Assembly (NCBI GenBank): GCA_041496385.1
Contig: JBGQEL010000081.1
Span: 1-19,327 of the forward strand
Source of the DNA: Candidatus Methylomirabilia bacterium
GTDB taxonomy: Bacteria > Methylomirabilota > Methylomirabilia > Rokubacteriales > CSP1-6
DNA: 19,327 bases
Direction of reading: 5' to 3'
Shown: in pieces, positions 1 through 7,594 of the stretch
Layout: every line of letters begins with the position of its first letter
Numbering within the stretch: the stretch's first letter is position 1
The notes under the pieces: generated by a model
Seen by the model: only the letters and a program-made list of their open reading frames with translations
The model's database searches: none
Told to the model about the DNA's origin: nothing
Program-made: the position numbers and the translations under genes

Positions 1-649
1 CCATGTTGGCGGTGTTGCCGCGCTGGCGCGACTCGCCGTTGACGGTCGTCCAGACGTCGAGCCGTTGCGGGTCCGGTACCTCGTCGGCGGTGACGAGCCA
101 GGGGCCGATCGGCGCGAAGCTGTCCGCGCTCTTGCCCTTCGTCGTCGTCCCGCCGTGCTCCATCTGGAAGGCGCGCTCGGAGACGTCGTCCACGATGCAG
201 TAGGCGACCACGTGTCGGAGCGCGTCGGCCTCGTTGACGTTACGCGCGTCGCGCCCGATCACCGCCCCCAGCTCGACCTCGTAGTCGAGCTTCAGGGCAT
301 CGCGCGGCCGCACGATCGCGTCGCCCGGGCCGCTGATGGCGCTGTTGGCCTTGATGAAGACGGTCGGCTCCTTGGGCAGCGCCATGCCGACTTCCTGGGC
401 GTGGTCCGTGTAGTTCAGGCCGATGCAGACGATCTTGCCGATGCCCGCGAGCGGACAGCCGAGCCGCGGCCGGCCCCGGACCACGGGCAGGCGGTCGACC
501 TTCACCGCGCGCAGCCGTTTGAGCCCGGCGGGCGAGAGCACGGCCGGCGTCACGTCCTTCACGACGCGCGAGAGGTCACGCAGCGTGCCGCCCTGGTCGA
601 TCAGTCCGGGCTTCTCGGCGCCCGCGCGGCCGTAGCGTACGAGCTTCAT
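1..649 (-). CDS. Fumarylacetoacetate hydrolase (FAH) family protein, 3' end outside window
   Basis: Absent from the ORF track because it has no stop in the window. My translation from the ATG at 649 gives MKLVRYGRAGAEKPG...KIVCIGLNYTDHAQEVG..LPKEPTVFIK...KLDYEVELGAVIG...DDVSERAFQ..KGKSADSFAPIGPWLVT, which are classic FAH motifs. SD-like AAAGGGG lies upstream. Confidence 0.93.
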   Translation of the reverse strand, partial: MKLVRYGRAGAEKPGLIDQGGTLRDLSRVVKDVTPAVLSPAGLKRLRAVKVDRLPVVRGRPRLGCPLAGIGKIVCIGLNYTDHAQEVGMALPKEPTVFIKANSAISGPGDAIVRPRDALKLDYEVELGAVIGRDARNVNEADALRHVVAYCIVDDVSERAFQMEHGGTTTKGKSADSFAPIGPWLVTADEVPDPQRLDVWTTVNGESRQRGNTANM

Positions 650-706
650 GCCTGGATCCCCTTTCAGATCGATCTGCCGCAATGCTACCCCAGGAATCGC
701 CTTCTG

Positions 707-736
707 TTGCGACCCTCCCGGCCAATGCCGTAGGCT
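707..736 (+). promoter_or_regulatory. Putative sigma70-type promoter for the cyclase-redoxin operon
   Basis: TTGCGA (707-712), 18-nt spacer, TAGGCT (731-736), ending 16 nt before the ATG at 753. Confidence 0.5.
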
Positions 737-752
737 GGCTCCTGGTGAGTCC

Positions 753-3700
753 ATGAACTGCGCGGGATGCGGGTTCGACGCGGCGCTGGAGTTCGCCTTC
801 TGCCCGAAGTGCGGCCGCGCCCTGCCCCGGACCTGCCCGGCCTGCGCGTTCGCCTGCGCGCCCGACTTCGCCTTCTGCCCGAAGTGCGGCGCCGGCCTCG
901 CGGCCACTGCGGCGCCCGCCGCGCCGCGCCCCGAGGCGGCCCGCGCGCCCGGCGCCGACGCCGACCGCCGCCACGTGACGGTCCTGTTCGCCGACGTGTC
1001 CGGCTTCACGGCGCTCAGCGAGCGGCTCGATCCTGAAGACGTGCGCGCGTTCCAGGGCGACCTGTTCCAGATGCTCGCCGCCACCATCGAGCGCTACGGC
1101 GGCTTTGTCGAGAAGTTCGTCGGAGACGCCGTCATGGCGGTGTTCGGCGCGCCGGTCGCGCACGAAGACGACCCGGAGCGCGCCCTGCGCGTCGCGCTCG
1201 CGATGCTCGAGGGCATGGCGACGATCAGCGCCCGCTGGGAGATCTGCTTCGGCGCACCCGTCACGCTCCACATCGGGATCAACACGGGCCCCGTCGTCGC
1301 GGGCCAGCTCGGCGGGGGCGGCAGCACGGCGTACGCGGTCACCGGCGACACGGTCAACACGGCCGCGCGGCTGCTTTCCGCCGCGGAGGACGGAAAGATC
1401 CTCGTGAGCGGCGCGACCCAGCGGCTGACAGCCCACGCGTTCGCCTTCGAGCCGCTCCCCGCGCTCACGCTCAAGGGCAAGGCCGAGCCCGTCGAGGTGT
1501 GGCGCCTGCGCGACCTGCTCGACGCGAGCCGGCCGGGCGCGGGCGGCGACAGCGGAGGCCTCGCGGCCCCGCTCGTGGGCCGCCGGGGCGAGCTCGGGCA
1601 GATGCTGGCGGCGTTCGAGCGCGCGCACCGTGGGCGCGCCGAGATCGTCGCCCTCGTGGGCGAGGCCGGCGCCGGCAAGTCGCGCCTCGTGACCGAGTTC
1701 TTCGCGGCCCTCGACGCGACGGGACGCCTCGAGGGCGTCAGCGTGCGCCGCACCACCTGCAGCTCGTTCGGCGAGCAGGCGTACGGGGTGCTCGGTGCCT
1801 TCCTGCGCGAGGGGTTTCAGCTCGAGCCCGGGGACGCGCTCGACACGACCATCGCGAAGCTGCGCGCCGGCCTCCTGACGCTCGGATCCGACGCGCTCGA
1901 GGCCGAGCGCATGGCGCCGGCACTGGCCCACATGCTCGGCATCGAATCGGACGAGGCACTCCGTCACCTCGAGCCCGAGCAGCTGCGGCGGCAGATCCTG
2001 CTGGCGACGCGTCTCGTGGTCGAGCGGCGGCTCCAGCACGGTCCCGTGGTCTTCGTCGTCGAGAATCTGCAATCGGCCGACGTCGCGTCGCTCGAGCTGC
2101 TGCGATTCCTGACCGACCGGCTCGGCGACCGGCAGCTCCTGCTGCTGGTCACCTATCGCCCCGGGTTCGACGCCCAGGCCTTGCTGGCCGCGAAGGCCGC
2201 GCACACGACGATCCGCCTGGGTCCGCTCGGCGACGCGGACAGCGCGACGCTGCTCGAGACGCTGCTCGGTTGCGCCGCCGGAAGCCTCCCGCCCGCACTC
2301 CACGCGCTCGTCGCGGGGCGCGCCGGCGGCAACCCCCTCTACGTGATCGAGATCGTGCGCAGCCTGATCTCCGCCGGGGCGCTGACGCGCGGTCCGGATG
2401 GGTGGGCCGGCGCCACCGGCGACGCGGCGCTCGACGTGCCGGCGACCCTCCAGGGGCTGCTGCTGTCCCGGATCGACCGGCTGCCGGCGGAGGCGCGGCG
2501 GCTCCTGCAGGAAGCGGCGGTCCTCGGCCTCGTGTTCGATCGCGACGTCCTGCGCGCGATGTCGGGCGCGCCCGGGTCCTTCGACGACACACTCGATCGG
2601 CTGCAGGAGGCGGAGCTGATCGAGGAGGCGTCGCGCGCGGCCGGCACGCCCGCGCGGCCGGGGCGGCAGTACCGGTTCGCGCAGGCGCTGGTCCAGGAAG
2701 TCGTCTACCAGAACCTGCTCCTCACCCGCCGCGTCGAGGCGCATGATCGTGCCGGCCGAGCGTACGAGTCGCTCTGCGGTGGCTCGCCCCAGCGGCTCGA
2801 GGACATCGAGGCGCTCGGCCATCACTGGAGCCTCGGCGCCGACCGCCGGCGCGGGGCGCGCTACCTGGTCACGGCGGGCGACCGGGCGCGAGCCGTCTAC
2901 GCCAACGAGGACGCCTCCCGCCACTACGCGCGGGCCCTGCGCACGCTCGAGGAGTGCGGCGCGCGCGACGAGCAGTGCGCCGTGCGCGAGCGCCTGGGCG
3001 ATCTCCTGGCGCCCCTCGGACGCCGGGCGGAGGCGATCGAGCACTACGAGGCGGTGCGCGCCCGCTGCGCCGAGGCCGGGGACGCGGCGTCGCAGGCGAG
3101 GCTCCAGCGCAAGCTCGGCGGGCTGCACTGGGACGCGGGCGAGCGCGAGCGCGCGCTGCAGTGCTTCCGTGCGGGCCTGGCGCTCCTGGAGGGCGGCGGC
3201 GACGACGTCGAGTCGGCCCACCTCTACCAGGAGATGGGGCGGCTCGCCTTCCGGAGCGGCGACAACCAGCGCGCCATCGAGTGGGCGGAGCGCGCGCTGA
3301 CGCTCACCGAGGCGCTCGCGGGCGGTCATGCCGACCCGGAGATCCGGCGCAACGCCGCGACGGTGGTCGTCCACGCGTGCAACACCGTGGGCGTCGCACT
3401 CGCGCGGACCGCCCGGGGCCAGGAGGCGGTGACGCACATCGAGCGCAGCATCAAGGTCGCACTCGGCGAGAACCTGCTGCAGGCGGCGTGCCGCGGCTAC
3501 ACCAACCTCGGCATCCTCTACAGCACGCTCGATCCGCCGCGCGGCGTCTCGACGTGTCTCGAGGGCCTGCAGGCCGCCAAGCGCATCGGCGATCTCGGGG
3601 TGCAGTCGCGCCTCTACGCCAACCTCGCCGTCGCCTACTGCGCGCTGACGGACCGCTGCGAGGCCGAGGGCATGGAGGCGGCGCAGACGGCGATCGAGCT

Positions 3701-3998
3701 CGACCGCCAGCTCGGCCAGCTCGACCATCTCGCCGTACCGCTGATCGTGCTCGGCCAGATCCACCAGTGCCACGGCGAGCCGCGCCGGGCGCTCGAGTAC
3801 TACCGGGAGGCGCTCGGCCTGGCCGAGGCGGCGGGCGAGCCGCAGCTTCTGTTCCCCTGCTACGACGGCCTCGCGACGCTCCACCTGGATCTGGGCGAGC
3901 CGGCGGAGGCCGAACGCTACCTCACGCTCGCGCAGGAAGTCTGCGCGCGGGCGGGACTGGATCCCGACTCTCTCGTGCTGCTCCCGTTTCTTGGCTGA
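753..3998 (+). CDS. Double zinc ribbon - class III adenylate/guanylate cyclase - STAND (AAA_16-type) ATPase - TPR signal transduction protein, 1081 aa
   Basis: Four N-terminal CxxC motifs. Cyclase motifs VTVLFADVSGFT, EKFVGDAVMAVFGAP, HIGINTGPV and GDTVNTAARL. Walker A GEAGAGKS (1659-1682), STAND motif GGNPLY, and a helical TPR-like C-terminus. Start placed at the ATG at 753 (preceded by GGTGAG) rather than 648. Confidence 0.93.
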   Translation: MNCAGCGFDAALEFAFCPKCGRALPRTCPACAFACAPDFAFCPKCGAGLAATAAPAAPRPEAARAPGADADRRHVTVLFADVSGFTALSERLDPEDVRAFQGDLFQMLAATIERYGGFVEKFVGDAVMAVFGAPVAHEDDPERALRVALAMLEGMATISARWEICFGAPVTLHIGINTGPVVAGQLGGGGSTAYAVTGDTVNTAARLLSAAEDGKILVSGATQRLTAHAFAFEPLPALTLKGKAEPVEVWRLRDLLDASRPGAGGDSGGLAAPLVGRRGELGQMLAAFERAHRGRAEIVALVGEAGAGKSRLVTEFFAALDATGRLEGVSVRRTTCSSFGEQAYGVLGAFLREGFQLEPGDALDTTIAKLRAGLLTLGSDALEAERMAPALAHMLGIESDEALRHLEPEQLRRQILLATRLVVERRLQHGPVVFVVENLQSADVASLELLRFLTDRLGDRQLLLLVTYRPGFDAQALLAAKAAHTTIRLGPLGDADSATLLETLLGCAAGSLPPALHALVAGRAGGNPLYVIEIVRSLISAGALTRGPDGWAGATGDAALDVPATLQGLLLSRIDRLPAEARRLLQEAAVLGLVFDRDVLRAMSGAPGSFDDTLDRLQEAELIEEASRAAGTPARPGRQYRFAQALVQEVVYQNLLLTRRVEAHDRAGRAYESLCGGSPQRLEDIEALGHHWSLGADRRRGARYLVTAGDRARAVYANEDASRHYARALRTLEECGARDEQCAVRERLGDLLAPLGRRAEAIEHYEAVRARCAEAGDAASQARLQRKLGGLHWDAGERERALQCFRAGLALLEGGGDDVESAHLYQEMGRLAFRSGDNQRAIEWAERALTLTEALAGGHADPEIRRNAATVVVHACNTVGVALARTARGQEAVTHIERSIKVALGENLLQAACRGYTNLGILYSTLDPPRGVSTCLEGLQAAKRIGDLGVQSRLYANLAVAYCALTDRCEAEGMEAAQTAIELDRQLGQLDHLAVPLIVLGQIHQCHGEPRRALEYYREALGLAEAAGEPQLLFPCYDGLATLHLDLGEPAEAERYLTLAQEVCARAGLDPDSLVLLPFLG
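792..890 (+). repeat. Perfect 24-bp direct repeat encoding FAFCPKCG in both zinc-ribbon units
   Basis: TTCGCCTTCTGCCCGAAGTGCGGC at 792-815 and 867-890. Confidence 0.9.
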
Positions 3999-4024
3999 AC
4001 GCTCGACACCGAATGGAGGATGCG

Positions 4025-4678
4025 ATGACGAACCCTCAGGAGCGCGGTCCGGTTGGATCCGGCATGACGGCGCCGGATTTCACGCTGCCCGCCATCGGCC
4101 GCGACGGCTCCGTGTCGCTCGCCGACTACCGGGGCCGGAGCCCCGTCCTACTGGCCCTGTTCCGCGGTCTCTACTGCCCGTTCTGCCGACGCGCCATCGC
4201 GCAGCTCGGCGTCACCTCGGAAAAGCTCAAGAGTCTCGGCGTCGAGACGCTCGCCATCGTGGCCACGAGCGTCGAGAACGCGCGCCTCTACTTCCGGTTC
4301 CGCCCGACGCGCGCGCCGCTCGCGGCGGACAACGAGCTGGTCACGCACCGCGCCTTCGGCCTGCCGCATCCGCCCGTGACGCCGGAGTTCATGGCGGTGA
4401 TGCAGCAGACGCGGATCAACCCCACCGGCGAGCTGCCGCAGCCGCTGCCCGTCACCGAGGTCTCGGCGGCGCTGGACAAGGCGCAGGGCTATACGCAGAC
4501 CGAGACCGACAAGCATGACTTCGAGCGGCAGTTCCCGCAGCTGAAGGGCCAGTTCCTGGTGGACCGCGACGGCATCGTGCGCTGGGCCAACGTCGAGGCG
4601 TCGGAGGGGCTCGAGGGCCTCGGCAAGTTTCCGACGGACGAGCAGCTCCTCGCAGCCGCGCGCGCGCTGCCGCGCTGA
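4025..4678 (+). CDS. Peroxiredoxin-like / AhpC-TSA family redoxin with CPFC motif, 217 aa
   Basis: GGAGGA RBS at 4015-4020. Motifs APDFTLP...VSLADYRG..VLLALFRGLYCPFCRR and C-terminal QLKGQFLVDRDGIVRW indicate a thioredoxin-fold PRX-like2-type protein. The 574-aa ORF in the track is over-extended upstream. Confidence 0.88.
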   Translation: MTNPQERGPVGSGMTAPDFTLPAIGRDGSVSLADYRGRSPVLLALFRGLYCPFCRRAIAQLGVTSEKLKSLGVETLAIVATSVENARLYFRFRPTRAPLAADNELVTHRAFGLPHPPVTPEFMAVMQQTRINPTGELPQPLPVTEVSAALDKAQGYTQTETDKHDFERQFPQLKGQFLVDRDGIVRWANVEASEGLEGLGKFPTDEQLLAAARALPR

Positions 4679-4693
4679 CCCGGGCGGTCGGGC

Positions 4694-6307
4694 TCAGCGG
4701 TCGAGCCAGACCTCCTGCATGCGGCCGTAGTTGTAGAGGGCGTTGTGCGGGACGAGGTTCCGCACGTGCGGCCACTGGGCGAAGTACTCCTTGCGCCAGC
4801 CCAGCATCGGCCGCGCCACCTCGGCCTCGAGGCGCCGCTGGATCTCCCAGACGATCTTCAGGCGCTTGGCACGGTCCAGCTCCTGCGACTGCGCGTCGAT
4901 GAGCCGGTCGACCTGCTCGTTGCAGAAGTCCGTGTAGTTCCGCGAGGCGCCGCACTTGTAGTTCTCGTAGAAGTACGCGTCCGGGTCGTCGAAGCCGCCG
5001 GCCGTCAGGTTGGCGCCGATCTGATAGTCGCGCCGCGCGAGGGCCGGGAACCACGCGGCCGAGTCCACCTGCTTGACCGTCGCCTCGATGCCGACGTGGT
5101 GGAGCTGGTCGGCCACGAACGAGGCGAGATCGAGATAGATCGGGAGCGTCCGCGTGACCAGCTCGACGCGCAGCGGCTTGCCCGGGCCGAAGCCGGCCGC
5201 GGCGAGGAGCCGCCTGGCCTCGGCCTGGTCCTGCGCCGGCGCGCGGTAGCCCGGCAGCGCGCGAAGGTCCGCGTCGGGCAGGCCCCAGATGCCGAGCGGC
5301 TTCGGCATCATGGCCGCGCCCATGACGGCGCCGCCGTGGCGGACGCTCTCGACGGCGGCGCGCCGGTTCATGGACAAGCTAACCGCGCGGCGCACGGCGA
5401 GGTTGTCGAAGGGCGCCCGCTTGTGGTTCAGGACGATGTTGTCGCTGCCGTTCTGGCCGACCTCGGTGATGACGACCGACGGCGCGCTCTTCTTCACCGC
5501 GTCGGCCATCGCCTTGGTCATCTCGAGCGGCACGAACGCGTCGAGGCGTCCGGCTTGGAGCGCCGCCAGGCGCGTGCCGCGCTCGGCGATGATCAGGTAG
5601 CGGATGCCGTCGAGGTACGGCCGGCCCGGCACGAAATACTCCCCGTTCCGTTCCAGCTCGAGCGCCTGCCCGCGCGCGTACTCCTTCTGGCGGAACGGCC
5701 CGGTGCCGATACACCGCTGGCGCAGCTCGGCGAGCGGCACGTGCGCCGGGTAGATCGGCGAGTAGCCGGAGGCGAGCATCAGGAGGAGCGACGGCTGCGG
5801 CCGCTTCAGCCGGAACACGACCGTGTGCGGCTCGGGCGCCTCGATCGCCTCGACGTTCACGTACCAGTCCTTGCGCGGGCTGAGCCGGAGCTTCGCCCCC
5901 GCGTCCGGCGCCTCGCGGACGACGTCGAAGGTGTACTTGACGTCACGCGAGGTGAACGCGCGCCCGTCGTGCCACTTGACGCCCTTCCGGAGGAAGAAGA
6001 CGAGGTTCCGATAGTTGTCCTGCCACGACCACTTCTCGGCCAGCTCGGGCACGACGGTGTCGGCGCTCTCGAGCGGCTTGAACGGGTCGAACAGGACGAG
6101 GTTCGAGTAGCACGGGCTCATCGGCCAGACGTTGGAGACGGTCGCCGACTCGTGGATGAGGAGCCCGGGCGGGTCCTCGATGAGCACCGAGGTCAGGACC
6201 CCGCCGCGCTTCGGGGTCTGGGCGCCGGCCGGAACGGCGGCGGCGAGCAGCGCGCCGGCCAGCATCGCGAGTCCGAGCGCGCACGGCAGCCGGGGACGTC
6301 CTCTCAT
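4694..6307 (-). CDS. ABC transporter family-5 (Opp/Dpp-type) substrate-binding protein, orphan copy
   Basis: Signal peptide ending PAGA|QTPKRGG. Motifs PELAEKW, FFLRKGVKWHDG.FTSRDVKYTF, IGTGPF, PYLDGI, PFDNLAVRRAV and terminal VWLDR. Start is uncertain: ATG 6307 preferred. Confidence 0.92.
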   Translation of the reverse strand: MRGRPRLPCALGLAMLAGALLAAAVPAGAQTPKRGGVLTSVLIEDPPGLLIHESATVSNVWPMSPCYSNLVLFDPFKPLESADTVVPELAEKWSWQDNYRNLVFFLRKGVKWHDGRAFTSRDVKYTFDVVREAPDAGAKLRLSPRKDWYVNVEAIEAPEPHTVVFRLKRPQPSLLLMLASGYSPIYPAHVPLAELRQRCIGTGPFRQKEYARGQALELERNGEYFVPGRPYLDGIRYLIIAERGTRLAALQAGRLDAFVPLEMTKAMADAVKKSAPSVVITEVGQNGSDNIVLNHKRAPFDNLAVRRAVSLSMNRRAAVESVRHGGAVMGAAMMPKPLGIWGLPDADLRALPGYRAPAQDQAEARRLLAAAGFGPGKPLRVELVTRTLPIYLDLASFVADQLHHVGIEATVKQVDSAAWFPALARRDYQIGANLTAGGFDDPDAYFYENYKCGASRNYTDFCNEQVDRLIDAQSQELDRAKRLKIVWEIQRRLEAEVARPMLGWRKEYFAQWPHVRNLVPHNALYNYGRMQEVWLDR

Positions 6308-6338
6308 GCTGCGCCAGCGTACACCAAGACCGCGGCGC

Positions 6339-7541
6339 TCAGAAGCGGCCGGCACGGTAGGTCTCGGGCGCCCACCGCGCGAACAGCAGCGCCACAGCGA
6401 CCAGCAGCGCCGCCGTGGTGAGGAGCGCGGCGTCGGCGCCGGCGAGGTCGGTTCCGAGGCCGAGCGCGATCGGCCCGACGACGTAGCCGAGGTCGGCCAG
6501 GCCGCGGTAGGCGCTCATCGCCGCCGCGTTCATTCCGGGCGGCGCCACGTCCGCGGCGTAGGCGGCCGGCGCGGCGCCGCTCACGCCGGCGGCCGCGCTC
6601 CAGGCCACGCAGCCGGCGAGAAACCAGGCGTACGAGGGCGCGACGAGAAACAGGACGAGCGACGCGCCCGAGACGATCGTGGCCGGCACGATCACGGCCT
6701 TGCGGCCGTAGCGGTCCACCAGCACGCCCGCCGGGTAGGCCAGCCCGAGGCCGACGACGCTCGCCAGCGCGAGCCCGAAGCCGATCCGGTCCGTCGTGAG
6801 CCCGAGCCGGTCCTGGGCGAGGACCGGGATCACGTTGAACAGCCCGCCCGTGCGCGCGACCGCGTTCACGAAGCCGATCAGGCTCACGAGCGCGAAGCCG
6901 ACGTGCCGCGTGAGGACGCGGATCTGCGCGCCGAACGGCGGCCGCGCGACGGCCTCGCCCACACCCGGGCTTCGCCAGTCGCGCGTCTCGGGGATCGTCA
7001 CCCAGGCGAGAACGGCGGCCAGCGCGCCCGCGACCGCGTAGACCACGAACGGCGCCTGGAGTCCGAAGCGCTCGGCCAGCAGGCCCCCGGGGAGCGGGCC
7101 GACGCCGACGGCGAAGAGGAAGACGCCCTGGTAGATGGCCATCACCCGGCCGCGCTGCGCCGGCGTCGTGATGTCGGCGAGGATGATCTGGCCGGAGATG
7201 AGCACCAGCGCCGCGCCCGCGCCGGCCACGAAGCGGGCGCCCACGAACGCGGCGTAGTTCGGCGCGTGCGCGCAGAGGAGGTTGCCGGCCGCCGTCACGA
7301 GCCCGCCGAGGGCGAGCGCCCCGCGCCGTCCGGCGCGGTCCGCGAGCTGCCCGACCGGAACAGCGACGAGGAAGCGCGCCAGGCCGTAGACGGCGATGGC
7401 CACGCCGATCGCCGATTGCCCGACGCCGAAGGAGCGGGCGTAGAGCGCCAGGACCGGGACGATGCTGCCGAATCCGAGCTGGTTGACCGCGATCAGCACG
7501 CACATCCAGACGAGGATCCGGTTGGAGAAGGGATGCGCCAT
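6339..7541 (-). CDS. MFS transporter (DHA1-like), 400 aa
   Basis: About 12 hydrophobic segments, with MFS motif A in both halves (GQLADRAGRR, GVLVDRYGRK). Confidence 0.93.
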   Translation of the reverse strand: MAHPFSNRILVWMCVLIAVNQLGFGSIVPVLALYARSFGVGQSAIGVAIAVYGLARFLVAVPVGQLADRAGRRGALALGGLVTAAGNLLCAHAPNYAAFVGARFVAGAGAALVLISGQIILADITTPAQRGRVMAIYQGVFLFAVGVGPLPGGLLAERFGLQAPFVVYAVAGALAAVLAWVTIPETRDWRSPGVGEAVARPPFGAQIRVLTRHVGFALVSLIGFVNAVARTGGLFNVIPVLAQDRLGLTTDRIGFGLALASVVGLGLAYPAGVLVDRYGRKAVIVPATIVSGASLVLFLVAPSYAWFLAGCVAWSAAAGVSGAAPAAYAADVAPPGMNAAAMSAYRGLADLGYVVGPIALGLGTDLAGADAALLTTAALLVAVALLFARWAPETYRAGRF

Positions 7542-7546
7542 GCCGG

Positions 7547-7559
7547 ACGTATGATACGT
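7547..7559. promoter_or_regulatory. Palindrome ACGTAT-G-ATACGT carrying -10 boxes on both strands (candidate bidirectional promoter or operator)
   Basis: TATGAT at 7550-7555 (+) and TATCAT at 7556-7551 (-), in the ~50-bp gap between the divergent MFS and LLM genes. Confidence 0.65.
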
Positions 7560-7594
7560 TCGTCACGGGTGCTGGACGTCGAAAGGAGACCGTG

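Noticed and set aside
648..752. 35-aa N-terminal extension of the cyclase from ATG 648
   Set aside because: It overlaps the FAH start codon on the other strand and spans the predicted promoters. The zinc ribbon begins directly at ATG 753.
576..3884. 1102-aa minus-strand ORF, and similar long antisense ORFs such as 4745-6421, 9567-11639, 6132-7595, 15587-17221 and 16060-17691
   Set aside because: These are shadow ORFs opposite well-supported genes, caused by stop-codon scarcity at high GC. They are Arg/Ala/Gly-rich with no recognisable motifs.
2954..4024. Long open frame upstream of the redoxin, suggesting a frameshift fusion or overlapping gene
   Set aside because: The translation is low-complexity and Arg-rich, there is no obvious slippery site, and the redoxin has its own GGAGGA RBS.
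4675..4697. Possible bidirectional terminator between the redoxin and the SBP
   Set aside because: Only a short bulged GC stem with no U-tract on either strand, which is expected by chance at this GC content.
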